Shown here one piece after another: positions 20,394 to 30,700 of a stretch of DNA of 64,000 nt. Source of the DNA: an uncultured Flavobacteriaceae bacterium (GTDB lineage Bacteria; Bacteroidota; Bacteroidia; Flavobacteriales; Flavobacteriaceae); contig CANKUU010000010.1 in assembly GCA_947486785.1 (NCBI GenBank), positions 61,272-125,271 on the forward strand, written 5' to 3'. The position numbers and the translations under genes were made by a program. Position 1 is the stretch's first letter. Every line of letters starts with the position of its first letter. The notes under the pieces were generated by a model. The model did no database searches. It had not been told where the DNA came from and saw only the letters and a list, made by a program, of their open reading frames with translations.

Positions 20394-21905
20394 TTACTCT
20401 ACTGCTGCCTTATAAAGTCCAAATTCTGCAATTCTAGGGCTTTTTCTAGCTTCTAAAATAGTTAACCTTGTCTTTTTAGCCTTAACTGGATCAAAGCGAA
20501 GTAACCTTTTATAACCAATAGTAGTTCCTTCACATATAAGCATCCACTTTCCATTTACCTCAGCTTCAAATTTAAATCGCTCTACACGTTGCCCTGTGGT
20601 GATTTGTTCTTGAAGAAGTAAACGATCAAAAGTTTTTGCTTTTGGTAATACAATACTAAGCTCTAGCTGGGTAGAATTTTCTGTTGCTAACCAAGCGGTT
20701 TTAATATTTTTATCAAAGAGTACTTTGGCATTGCTTGGTATGCCAGTGCTTTTAACGATAGCTTTACTTGCTAAATTATGTTCGAATGTTTTTTTTATTC
20801 TATGATTCCATGCCTTTAAAGTTGCTACATCTCTATCTTGGATAAGGCCTCTAGTATCAGGAGGAATATTTAATAATAATACAGAATTTTTTCCAACCGA
20901 ACTGTAATAAATATCCATAAGCTTGTCCACACTTTTAACCGCTTTATCTTGGTTTTTATGATAAAACCAACCCGGGCGTATAGAAACATCAACCTCTGAA
21001 GGATACCATACAAGTCCGCTTGCATCGTACAATTGTTCTCTACTTCCGATATCTGCAGCCATAAAATCTAATACTGGCCTAAAAGTACCTGCTGCCTGTT
21101 GAGATGCTGCTGCGATAGCATCCTCTTCTTGGCTACTTGTAGGTACTACGCTCCATTCGGTATCCCTTCCATAACCAGATTCAGTTCCAACCCAGCGTAC
21201 ATCTGGCCCTATAACTGCTATCACAGCATTTGGCTGAAGTTTACGAATGGTGGAGTAATACCGTTGCCAATCATATTCTTGTTTTTTTCCATTAGGGCCT
21301 TCTCCGTTGGCGCCATCGAACCAAACCTCAGCAATGTCGCCATATTGAGTGAGTAATTCGGTCAATTGATTTATAAAAAAATCATTGTAAGCCTGTGTTC
21401 CATACACTTTACTATTTCTATCCCATGGAGATAGATAAATGCCCAATTTAATATCATACTTTTTACAGGCCGCTGCTAATTCTTTAACCACATCGCCGTT
21501 TCCATCTTTCCAAGGGCTACTTTTTACCGAATGATTTGTGAATGCACTAGGCCATAAACAAAAGCCGTCATGATGTTTGGCGGTAAGAATAATCATTTTC
21601 ATACCCCCTTCTTTGCATGCTTTTACCCATTGCTCGGCATCTAATTCGGTCGGATTAAAAAGAGCAGGATCTTCTGTACCATCTCCCCATTCACGGTCTG
21701 TAAAGGTATTTATACCAAAATGTAAGAACGTAGTAAGCTCTAACTCTTGCCAGGCTAACTGTTTTGCGCTGGGGCGAACCATAGCAGCTTTCTCAATAAT
21801 TGTTTCACGACTGTCTTCTGGCAGTATTTTAGTTACTCCTACCTGTGCTTTTATATGCGACAAACAGATGAAAAAAAAGATAAAAAAAAGCAATTTATGT
21901 GTCAT
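20394..21905 (-). CDS. GH29 alpha-L-fucosidase (subfamily B-like) with C-terminal F5/8-type C/CBM32-like domain
   Basis: FLHFGINTF, LTAKHHDGFCLW, YLSPWD, VWFDGA (nucleophile), RWVGTESG, DVSIRPGWFYH. ATG at 21905 gives a clean signal peptide (the track uses TTG 21929). Confidence 0.93.
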   Translation of the reverse strand: MTHKLLFFIFFFICLSHIKAQVGVTKILPEDSRETIIEKAAMVRPSAKQLAWQELELTTFLHFGINTFTDREWGDGTEDPALFNPTELDAEQWVKACKEGGMKMIILTAKHHDGFCLWPSAFTNHSVKSSPWKDGNGDVVKELAAACKKYDIKLGIYLSPWDRNSKVYGTQAYNDFFINQLTELLTQYGDIAEVWFDGANGEGPNGKKQEYDWQRYYSTIRKLQPNAVIAVIGPDVRWVGTESGYGRDTEWSVVPTSSQEEDAIAAASQQAAGTFRPVLDFMAADIGSREQLYDASGLVWYPSEVDVSIRPGWFYHKNQDKAVKSVDKLMDIYYSSVGKNSVLLLNIPPDTRGLIQDRDVATLKAWNHRIKKTFEHNLASKAIVKSTGIPSNAKVLFDKNIKTAWLATENSTQLELSIVLPKAKTFDRLLLQEQITTGQRVERFKFEAEVNGKWMLICEGTTIGYKRLLRFDPVKAKKTRLTILEARKSPRIAEFGLYKAAVE

Positions 21906-21934
21906 TTCAATTTTATTTAATTCGTACAAATTTA

Positions 21935-23002
21935 TTAGAGTGATACACCGCCAATATTATTTGAAATATAAGCCGCTTCTACAAGTTTCATAGTATTATA
22001 GGCATCTTCAGTACTATTATTTAAGGGTATACTACTATCATTCATATGGTTTTGAAGTACGGCCATAGATCCAATAAAAGCATGAGGAAACCATCCGCCT
22101 ACAAGCGGCAATTCTTTCCAAGCAGTAGCTTTACCTTCATTTAGTAAACAGTACTCAAATAGTGGTGGCAAACCCTTTGGATAATTTAGCGAAAGTCCTA
22201 TTCTAATCTTTATAGCCCCTTTAGTACCCTCTATTTTTAAATAAGACTCTTGCTTATCATGACCGTAAACATGACCATGATTAGTTAGTATTCTTGCTTG
22301 TAAAAACTTGGAGTAATGAAGAATCATCGTAGATCGGGTCTGAGAAAGGTCTGGTGTATTTGGATGTGGAATGGTACTTGCCATTATTTGATTTGGATTA
22401 CCTAAAAATGAGCGTATGACATCCAAATAATGTATACTATGATACAAAATCTCTACCCGCGGCAAACCTTTTAAAAAATCCCATAAATGCCATGGTGTGT
22501 GAACACAAACTTTTAGTTCAATATCAAAAACTTCACCAAGTAAACCCTGGCTAATCATATCTCTTGCAGCTATACAATAGGGAGCATATCGAAGTTGAAA
22601 ATTAACAGCAGATTTTAAATTTTTAGTTCTACAGATTTTGAGAATTTCCTCACATTCTTCTAAATTATTACCCATCGGTTTCTGAATAAGAACACCTGAA
22701 TTATCTGGAATTTGCCTAAGAATAGCACTAATGTGGTTTGCAGGCACCGCTAAATCGTAAATAGCATTCTGTGCTTGTGCATCTATGATAAGCTTATCTA
22801 GAGTTTCGTATGCTTGACCAACTTGGGCAAAATCATTTACCAAACTATTCGCCTTAGATACATCTACATCAAATACTCCTAAAACCGAGTAATTGGCAAG
22901 TTTATATGCGGGTAAATGGGCATCTCTTACAATACCACCAGCTCCAATTATAACAATGGGTCTTGGTTTTTTAGGCTTTGGTATTTGTTGTTTTATTCTC
23001 AT
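21935..23002 (-). CDS. Gfo/Idh/MocA family NAD(P)-dependent oxidoreductase
   Basis: Rossmann IIGAGGIV..AHLPAY, QKPM (EKP-like), VNFQLRY, HSIHYLD; no signal peptide; ATGA overlap with the upstream gene. Confidence 0.85.
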   Translation of the reverse strand: MRIKQQIPKPKKPRPIVIIGAGGIVRDAHLPAYKLANYSVLGVFDVDVSKANSLVNDFAQVGQAYETLDKLIIDAQAQNAIYDLAVPANHISAILRQIPDNSGVLIQKPMGNNLEECEEILKICRTKNLKSAVNFQLRYAPYCIAARDMISQGLLGEVFDIELKVCVHTPWHLWDFLKGLPRVEILYHSIHYLDVIRSFLGNPNQIMASTIPHPNTPDLSQTRSTMILHYSKFLQARILTNHGHVYGHDKQESYLKIEGTKGAIKIRIGLSLNYPKGLPPLFEYCLLNEGKATAWKELPLVGGWFPHAFIGSMAVLQNHMNDSSIPLNNSTEDAYNTMKLVEAAYISNNIGGVSL

Positions 23003-23649
23003 TTTAATGCGATCCGTTCAAGTTCTTTCCATTTTTCAAGGGCCTTGGTTTCTGGGTTGGTTCTTTGAAATTTAGCGACATAAGCTTGCCATTCTTGTTC
23101 TTGAGGCATTGCTGCCCATTTTGCGCCATCTTTTTCCATATCAAAATAGAGAGGCAAATCCATAATCATAAAAGCCGTATAGCCTCTTAAATAAATTTCT
23201 AAATTTAAAATACCCATGGCATTCATGTTCTCCACTATTTTAGGCCATATATTTTCTGGTTGGTGTACGTTCTTATAGCATGCTAAGAGGTCTTTATCAT
23301 GTTTTAATTCGAGTGTAAAAACTTTTCGCTTACATTCACTGTACTTTTGGGTATTTAACTGCTTAGCTTTCGGTTTTTGAAAACAAGGAATTAAGGGCTC
23401 GTCTAGCCCCTTAAAGTCTATGGATGTACCAACAAGATCTTTTGTATCCACCTCATTAACTACCCTTCTACTCGATACAACAGCATCTATATTCGCTTTT
23501 AAGTCTACTAGTACAAAGTAACCTCCTATTGTTTTAAAGGCTTCTATGGTATATTTTGTGTTTATCGCTGAATTTGAAACTAATACAGAAAAACGTTTTT
23601 CAGCTACAGCGTTATCAAAACTAAAACAATATCGACTTCGTTGATTCAT
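22999..23649 (-). CDS. L-rhamnose/L-fucose mutarotase-like (RhaM family) protein with ~105-aa N-terminal extension
   Basis: C-half KRKVFTLELKHD...YKNVH...IWPKIV...GILNLEIYL...QEWQ...EKW is RhaM-like; the N-half is unexplained. Confidence 0.72.
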   Translation of the reverse strand: MNQRSRYCFSFDNAVAEKRFSVLVSNSAINTKYTIEAFKTIGGYFVLVDLKANIDAVVSSRRVVNEVDTKDLVGTSIDFKGLDEPLIPCFQKPKAKQLNTQKYSECKRKVFTLELKHDKDLLACYKNVHQPENIWPKIVENMNAMGILNLEIYLRGYTAFMIMDLPLYFDMEKDGAKWAAMPQEQEWQAYVAKFQRTNPETKALEKWKELERIALK

Positions 23650-23655
23650 TCTTTC

Positions 23656-25254
23656 CTAGTAAAATATAGTATAAATGACCAGCATTATTACTATTAGTAA
23701 CATAGATAACCAAGACACCATTTTATCAGCACCATTTATCTTCAAATAAAATGATTTTGGAATATTACTTTTAGAATTATCAAAGTAAGATACCAAAAGG
23801 TAAATCAGCGTAGCGATAATAAAGAAAATATAAGTTTGCCGAAGCCAATGTATGCCAAGACCGTTGGGGCTTGAAATATAGTTTTCAACACCATTAATAG
23901 GCAGGTATTTCTCTACTAAAAATACGATGGCTGCTATAAAACTTCCTCCAATCAATGTAAAAAAAGAGGCATTCGCAGTTCCCTTTTTAGACACTACACC
24001 CCACAAAAATACGGCTACTATAGATGGAGCAAAGATGGAGAACATTTGATTAATCAATTCGAAAATTCCACCCAGATTTCCAATAAAAGGAGACCATGAT
24101 ATTGCTAAAATTAACACTAAAGCACCTGAAACTCTTCCTATGTATAACTTTTGCTTATCGGTGAAATTATACTTCAATTTTTCGAAGACGTCATAAACAA
24201 TAAGTGTAGAGCAGCTATTCAAAGCAGCAGCAACACTACTCATTACGGCTGCCAGCAAGGCGGCAACCATTAAGCCTCGGAAACCTATTGGCATTAATTT
24301 CAAAATCATCGTGGGGAGTACACTTCTAGTATTATCTCCGATATCCGATTGAAAGAGAGCGAATGCTAAAATTCCTGGCAACACCATAATAAATACGGGT
24401 AAAATTTTTAAGAAACCCGCAAAAATGGCACCTAATTGAGCTTGCTTCTCTGATTTTGCCCCTAGTGCTCTTTGCACTATAGTTTGATCGGTACACCAAT
24501 ACCAAATACCAAGCACTAAATGACCAAAAAGGAGGTCGAAAAAGGTAAATCCTTTCACGTTTGCATCAAAAGAAACCGCTTTTAATCGATCTGGATTAAC
24601 CGCTAATTCAAATGCTTCATAACTAGTAATACCCACTTCAGGCAAGTGAAAAATAGCCAATATGGTTAATGTTAGCGAACCAATGATTAAAATTATAGTT
24701 TGTAACGCCTCAGTTACTACTACAGATGTTAATCCACCAATGATGGCGTAAAGACCAGTAGCTACACCAATAATGATTATAGACCATATGATATCAAGAC
24801 CAAAGATATTTTCAAAAACTACGGCACCAGCATAAAAACTTACTCCAATATGCATAAATAGTGCTGCAAGTATACTAAAGATAGCTAAAACCACTCTAGA
24901 TCTACCGTCATATCGCTTTTCTAGAAATTCAGGTAATGTGGTAATTTTAGTTCGAATATAGAAGGGTACAAATAGAAATGCTAGTATTAATAACTCAAAT
25001 GCCGAGAACCATTCAAAATTACCCCAAACAATACCGTCCTTAAAACCAGATTCTGCCAATCCTACCAAATGCACGGTAGAGATATTTGAAGCAAATAAAG
25101 AAGCACCAATGATAGACCAGGTTAATGATTTACCAGCCATAAAATACCCCTTTGCAGTATCCTTCTTTTTTCTACCAGACCATAAACCCACCACAATCAT
25201 GGCAAGGATATAAATTATAATTATTGCTAAATCGATGGGTGATATTGTACTCAT
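23656..25254 (-). CDS. Sodium:solute symporter (SGLT-like sugar transporter)
   Basis: YFMAGKSL, SLFASNIS, TLPEFLEKRY, GGLTSVVVTE, WYWCTDQ.IVQRAL, AAVMSS; many hydrophobic helices. Confidence 0.93.
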   Translation of the reverse strand: MSTISPIDLAIIIIYILAMIVVGLWSGRKKKDTAKGYFMAGKSLTWSIIGASLFASNISTVHLVGLAESGFKDGIVWGNFEWFSAFELLILAFLFVPFYIRTKITTLPEFLEKRYDGRSRVVLAIFSILAALFMHIGVSFYAGAVVFENIFGLDIIWSIIIIGVATGLYAIIGGLTSVVVTEALQTIILIIGSLTLTILAIFHLPEVGITSYEAFELAVNPDRLKAVSFDANVKGFTFFDLLFGHLVLGIWYWCTDQTIVQRALGAKSEKQAQLGAIFAGFLKILPVFIMVLPGILAFALFQSDIGDNTRSVLPTMILKLMPIGFRGLMVAALLAAVMSSVAAALNSCSTLIVYDVFEKLKYNFTDKQKLYIGRVSGALVLILAISWSPFIGNLGGIFELINQMFSIFAPSIVAVFLWGVVSKKGTANASFFTLIGGSFIAAIVFLVEKYLPINGVENYISSPNGLGIHWLRQTYIFFIIATLIYLLVSYFDNSKSNIPKSFYLKINGADKMVSWLSMLLIVIMLVIYTIFY

Positions 25255-25255
25255 A

Positions 25256-25888
25256 TTATGGTTTATAATGAAGTATAACAGTATTGTAGGCTCGTAATCC
25301 TTTAGGTGTCAGATGAGGCACAACTAAGCTCCATATATAAAAAGACATGCGATTATGCTCATCTTCCTTATAACCGGGCATTACTTCTTCTTGAGGCTTC
25401 CAGAATGTTATTAAGACCCTTATGGTATGTAACAATCTTAAATACATGCCGCTTAGAAGTTCTTCCTTTAGATAACCAAAAGATGTAAACCTATCGTAAA
25501 CCATCTTTATTTGTTCTTTACGAAGCAAGAAGGTTTTATCCAAAAGCACCTTTATTTTAGGATAGTTTCTAGTAATCTCAAGAACATCTAAATTAAAAAA
25601 AGAATATTTCGCCTGAAAATTTTCTAAATGAAGCAACAACCTATGAAAATGAAGCATAGGATCAGTGTTTTCATCAATGTTAGCATATGCAGCCGAGATA
25701 TTTTTTCGCATTTTTTGATAAATCGCCAAAAGCAGATCCTCTTTTGTGGGAAAATAATATTCTAAATTACCGTGACTTATGCCAAGCTCATTTGCCAAAA
25801 AACGGCTAGTAACATTAGCCATACCATGCTGGTTATAGGCCTCTACCGCTTTAAAAATAATTTTTTCTTTAGTTTTTACCTGCGTCAT
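25256..25888 (-). CDS. TetR/AcrR family transcriptional regulator
   Basis: TKEKII..A...YN..G..NVT...LA.ELGISHGNLEYYFPTKEDLL helix-turn-helix; 1 bp from the SSS start. Confidence 0.92.
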   Translation of the reverse strand: MTQVKTKEKIIFKAVEAYNQHGMANVTSRFLANELGISHGNLEYYFPTKEDLLLAIYQKMRKNISAAYANIDENTDPMLHFHRLLLHLENFQAKYSFFNLDVLEITRNYPKIKVLLDKTFLLRKEQIKMVYDRFTSFGYLKEELLSGMYLRLLHTIRVLITFWKPQEEVMPGYKEDEHNRMSFYIWSLVVPHLTPKGLRAYNTVILHYKP

Positions 25889-25900
25889 TATACTGCAATA

Positions 25901-25934
25901 TATAAAAATTAGGGCATATGCCCTAATTTTTATA
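25901..25934. promoter_or_regulatory. Perfect 34-bp palindrome, candidate TetR operator
   Basis: TATAAAAATTAGGGCATATGCCCTAATTTTTATA is its own reverse complement and lies 12 bp upstream of the tetR ATG. Confidence 0.7.
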
Positions 25935-26106
25935 AACGATCATTTTAAATAGCGTATTAGCTCCGTGGAAAATAGGTTCAAAGCTTAATTTGATTGTATT
26001 TCTGTAAATGGTAAAAACTAGCTCAAAAAGCTGCGTTTTGGTTACTATATCCTATAAATGATGAACTTGCTATTTGTGTTTTGCAACACATTTCATTTTG
26101 GGGCAT

Positions 26107-26139
26107 AAAAAAAGAGAAGCTATTTCTAGCTTCTCTTTT
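26107..26139 (-). terminator. Intrinsic terminator of tRNA-Asp
   Basis: AAAAGAGAAGCTA-TTTC-TAGCTTCTCTTTT hairpin with a U-tract on the minus strand directly after the tRNA. Confidence 0.85.
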
Positions 26140-26141
26140 CG

Positions 26142-26215
26142 CGGTCTGGACGGGACTCGAACCCGCGACCCCCTGCGTGACAGGCAGGTATTCTAACCAA
26201 CTGAACTACCAGACC
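26142..26215 (-). tRNA. tRNA-Asp (GTC)
   Basis: Minus strand GGTCTGGTAGTTCAGTTGGTTAGAATACCTGCCTGTCACGCAGGGGGTCGCGGGTTCGAGTCCCGTCCAGACCG; cloverleaf, anticodon GTC, CCA not encoded. Confidence 0.97.
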
Positions 26216-26232
26216 ATGGTGTTTAGCGACTG

Positions 26233-26263
26233 CAAATATACATGGCTTATTTAATTGCACAAA
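26233..26263 (-). promoter_or_regulatory. Bacteroidota sigma-A promoter of tRNA-Asp
   Basis: Minus strand TTTG-N19-TATATTTG, the -33/-7 consensus. Confidence 0.75.
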
Positions 26264-26288
26264 CATTTTTCTAAAAAATATATGACAT

Positions 26289-27218
26289 CTAGATAAATTT
26301 ATGCCGTTCTACCAAGTATGCATTTAAAATCTTAGAAAAATCTGAGCGAACATCTACGTCTACATAATTAATCTTGTATTGCATACATTTTAACTTAAGT
26401 GCTTCAAAATAAGAACTTAAGCTTTCTTGATATGCCTCCTTAATAGTATCGGCATACAAATCTATATGCGCTCCAGACTCTACATCAACAAAACGTTTTG
26501 GGGTATTTTCAAAATCAAAATAAAATTCTTTTCTTTTATCTAATAAATGAAATAGCACCACTTCATGCTTATTATGCTTTAAATGACGCAGCGCATCAAA
26601 CAACTTTTGATCATCCGTTGTCGTTTGAAACATATCGGTAAATAAAAAAATAAGACTACGTCGCTTTATCTTTTCGGCAATAAGATGCAAATAGGCATAG
26701 GTATCCGTTTGTTTGGCGGGTTTCTTAGCAATACTCAGCTCACTAAGTTTAGCTAATAACATTTGATGGTGCCGCTCACTACCTTTCTCTGGTGCATAAA
26801 AATCATAATTATCAGAGTAAACGCTTAAACCAACAGCGTCACGCTGCCTTTTTAAAATATTCATTAAAGCTGCAATTGCCAAAACACCAAAGCCTATTTT
26901 ATTTAAATCAGCAACATGCATTTGTTTTACCGCTGGGTAGTACATAGATGCAGAACTATCCAATATCATGTGACATCTTAGATTGGTTTCTTCTTCATAC
27001 TTTTTGGTGTAGAGTTTATCCGTTTTAGCAAATAGTTTCCAATCAATATGTTTGGTACTTTCACCAACGTTATAAATTTTATGTTCGGCAAATTCTGCTG
27101 AAAAACCGTGAAACGGACTTTTATGAATACCACTTATAAACCCTTCGACAACTTGGTTGGCAAGTAATTCTAAATTCTGAAAAAGAACAGCTTTATTTAA
27201 TTCTGATTGAAGCTTCAT
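26289..27218 (-). CDS. DUF58 domain protein (VWA-like, MoxR-associated family)
   Basis: VVEGFISGIHKSPFHGFSAEFAEH, IDWKLFAKTDKLY.K.YEEETN, LDSSASM; ATG 27218 preferred over TTG 27236. Confidence 0.9.
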   Translation of the reverse strand: MKLQSELNKAVLFQNLELLANQVVEGFISGIHKSPFHGFSAEFAEHKIYNVGESTKHIDWKLFAKTDKLYTKKYEEETNLRCHMILDSSASMYYPAVKQMHVADLNKIGFGVLAIAALMNILKRQRDAVGLSVYSDNYDFYAPEKGSERHHQMLLAKLSELSIAKKPAKQTDTYAYLHLIAEKIKRRSLIFLFTDMFQTTTDDQKLFDALRHLKHNKHEVVLFHLLDKRKEFYFDFENTPKRFVDVESGAHIDLYADTIKEAYQESLSSYFEALKLKCMQYKINYVDVDVRSDFSKILNAYLVERHKFI

Positions 27219-27236
27219 ACTACTAAGATAAAACAA

Positions 27237-27265
27237 AAAAGGTTCGGCAATTTGCCGAACCTTTT
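27237..27265. terminator. Intrinsic terminator after trxA
   Basis: AAAAGGTTCGGCAA-T-TTGCCGAACCTTTT inverted repeat with A/U tracts on both sides. Confidence 0.8.
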
Positions 27266-27286
27266 AAGAGTATATTTATTTTATAA

Positions 27287-27604
27287 CTATAATAATGCGT
27301 CGATAGCATCAGTATATACTTTCTTTGGAGAAACACCTACTTGTCTGCTTACAATTTCTCCATCTTTAAATACTAATACTGTTGGTATATTACGCACACC
27401 ATATTTCGCTGCAAATTCTTGATTTGCATCTACATCAACTTTTCCCACAATTGCTTTTCCTTCATATTCAGTACTCACTTCATCAATTACAGGACCTACC
27501 ATTCTGCAAGGGCCACACCATGCTGCCCAAAAATCTACTACTACAGGTTTCTCACTTTTTAATACCACTTCGTCGAAAGTTGCATCTGTTATTTCTAATG
27601 CCAT
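27287..27604 (-). CDS. trxA: Thioredoxin
   Basis: VDFWAAWCGPCRM active site, NIPT, 105 aa. Confidence 0.97.
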   Translation of the reverse strand: MALEITDATFDEVVLKSEKPVVVDFWAAWCGPCRMVGPVIDEVSTEYEGKAIVGKVDVDANQEFAAKYGVRNIPTVLVFKDGEIVSRQVGVSPKKVYTDAIDALL

Positions 27605-27745
27605 TTTTAATATATTTTAGTATTACACAAAGTTAGTCAAATATTCTACCATTTCCATACTTGTAAATTATTCGTTTTGACTATTAAGGTATCAATTGAA
27701 TTTATTAAATACTATTTTTACAAACCTGTAATAAAAAACAGTTTA

Positions 27746-30700
27746 TCAATTTAATTTAAAGTGCACCTTATGCGCTTCCAGTTGATCTAAGAGTTCACTT
27801 GAAATTTGAACTTTTTGTTTTCTAGAAGACAGAACTACTTTTATTTCTTGATCCATTTCATAGACAATAAAGTTAAGGGTTTGGTTACCTTGATGTGAAA
27901 CTAAGGTGTCTTTTAGCTTATACACATCCTCTTCTTTTAACTCGTCGATATTAAGCTTAATGGTTAATTTTTTCGCATATTGATCCATTACTTCTTGTAG
28001 CAACATAAAACTATTAAACTGCATTCTAGGCGGTCCTTTTTTTTGTGTTTCTCGATTAACCCATCCGTCCTTTATAAAGATTTTAACATATACAAAAGAA
28101 TTGATCATTAAAAAATGTCTAAACTTTAAATACTCTTCACCAAAAATTCGAAATTCATAAGATTCGGTATAATCTTCCATTGTAAATAAAGCCCAACCTT
28201 TTCCGTTTTTAGAAACTCGATGCTGAACGTCAGTAATTACCCCTGCTAAAGTAAGCTCATGATTTACATACTTCTCCATATCGTTGATATAGGAAATACT
28301 AGCATTACAAAAAGATTTAATTTCTGTTTTAAAATCATCTAAAGGGTGACCTGATATATAGATACCTACCACTTCTTTTTCTCTACGTAATTTTTCCATG
28401 GTACCCCATTCTTCACAGGGTGGCACTTCAGGCTCAGGAATTTCAGCCTCTGAACTTCCCCCAAACATATCTATCTGCGCAGAATTTTTATTCTCTTGGA
28501 ATCGGTTTGCTGACTTTATTACTTTTTCTAAAAATGTTATGTTGTCTCCATCGGTATGAAAATACTGAGCACGATGGGTAGTGCCAAAAGAATCAAAACC
28601 ACCTGCAACAGCCAATCCTTCGAAAGCTCTTTTATTTGCCGAACGCAAATCAATTCGCTTCGCTAAGTCAAATACAGATTTAAAAGGTCCATCCTTTTTA
28701 CGATGCGCAACTATAGTTTCTACAGCAGAGCGTCCTACCCCTTTTATAGCTCCCATTCCAAAACGAACTGCTCCCCGCTTGTTTACCGCAAACTTATAGA
28801 AAGATTCATTAACATCTGGGCCTAAAACTTCTAAGCCCATACGTTTACATTCTTCCATAAAGAAAGTAACCTGTTTTATGTCGTTCATGTTATTACTTAA
28901 CACTGCCGCCATATATTCTGCGGGATAATGCGCTTTTAAATAGGCTGTTTGGTAGGCGATATACGCATAACAAGTAGAGTGACTTTTATTAAAAGCATAA
29001 CTAGCAAAAGCTTCCCAATCTTTCCATATTTTTTCTAGTTTTTCAACATCATGACCCTTTTCAGAAGCTTGTGCAATAAATTTTGGTTTCATTTTCGCCA
29101 AAACATCAGCTTGCTTTTTACCCATTGCCTTTCGCAATACATCGGCCTCACCTTTTGAAAAACCAGCTAATTTTTGTGACAAAAGCATTACTTGCTCTTG
29201 GTACACGGTAATTCCGTAGGTTTCTTTTAAGTACTCTTCCATATCAGGAAGGTCATAAGTGATTTCTTGATCGCCATGTTTACGAGCAATAAAACTAGGA
29301 ATATAGTCCATCGGTCCAGGGCGATATAAAGCATTCATTGCAATTAAATCACCAAAAACTGATGGCTTTAGAGATCGCATATGTTTTTGCATTCCCGGAG
29401 ATTCATATTGAAAAACCCCTACTGTTTCTCCTCGTTGAAAAAGCTCATAGGTCTTTTCATCATCCAATGGAAAATCATCAGGCACCAAATCAATATCATG
29501 CTTGGCTTTTACAATTTTAACCGTGTCTTTGATTAAAGTCAGCGTTTTTAATCCTAAGAAATCCATTTTTAATAATCCTGCACTTTCAACGACAGAATTA
29601 TCAAATTGGGTTACATATAAATCAGAATCTTTTGCCGTTGCAACAGGCACAAAATTGGTAATATCGTCTGGTGTGATAATAACACCACAAGCATGAATTC
29701 CGGTATTTCTAACAGATCCCTCTAGGGTTCTTGCCATTTTTAAGGTTTGCCCTTCTAAATCGTCACCATCATGTATGTTTAGCAACTGATTTATTTTTTC
29801 TAAATCTTCTGCTCTAAACTTCTCTTTTAATTCTGCTTCGGTTTTGTTAAAAATTTTACCCAACTTTGACATTGTGGGTATCAACTTAGCTATTCGGTCT
29901 GCATCTCCAAGTGGTAAATCAAGTACACGTGCGGTATCACGAATAGATGATTTTGCAGCCATAGTACCGTAAGTAATAATCTGAGCTACTTGACTTGATC
30001 CGTATTTATTTATTACATAGTCCATAACACGACTACGACCTTCATCATCAAAATCAATATCAATATCGGGCATTGACACGCGTTCAGGATTCAAAAAACG
30101 CTCAAAAAGTAAATCATACTTTAGAGGATCTATATTCGTAATAGTTAAACAATAAGCCACTACAGAACCTGCTGCAGAACCCCTACCCGGACCTACCGAA
30201 ACATCCATATTTCGAGCTTCACGAATAAAGTCTTCGGTAATTAAAAAATAACCTGGATACCCCGAATTTTTTATCGTGTCTAACTCAAAATCAATACGTT
30301 CTCTGATTTCATCGGTAATTTCCCCGTATCGTTTTTTTGCACCCAAATAAGTGATGTGTCGCAGATAAGCATTTTCACCTCGATTTCCTCCATCGACATC
30401 AGCTGGGTCTTTAAACTCTTCGGGGAAATCAAATTTAGGTAACAGCACATCACGTGCCAGCTCATAAGGCTCTACTTTATCAAGTACTTCTTGTATATTT
30501 ACTATAGATTCTGGTAGATCTTTAAACAGCTCCTTCATCTCATCTTGAGACTTAAAATAGTACTCTTGGTTGGGCAATCCGTAGCGATAGCCACGTCCTC
30601 TTCCAATGGGTGTTGCCTGCTTTTCACCGTCTTTTACACACAATAAAATATCATGAGCATCAGCGTCTTCTTTTGCACAATAGTAGGTATTATTAGATGC

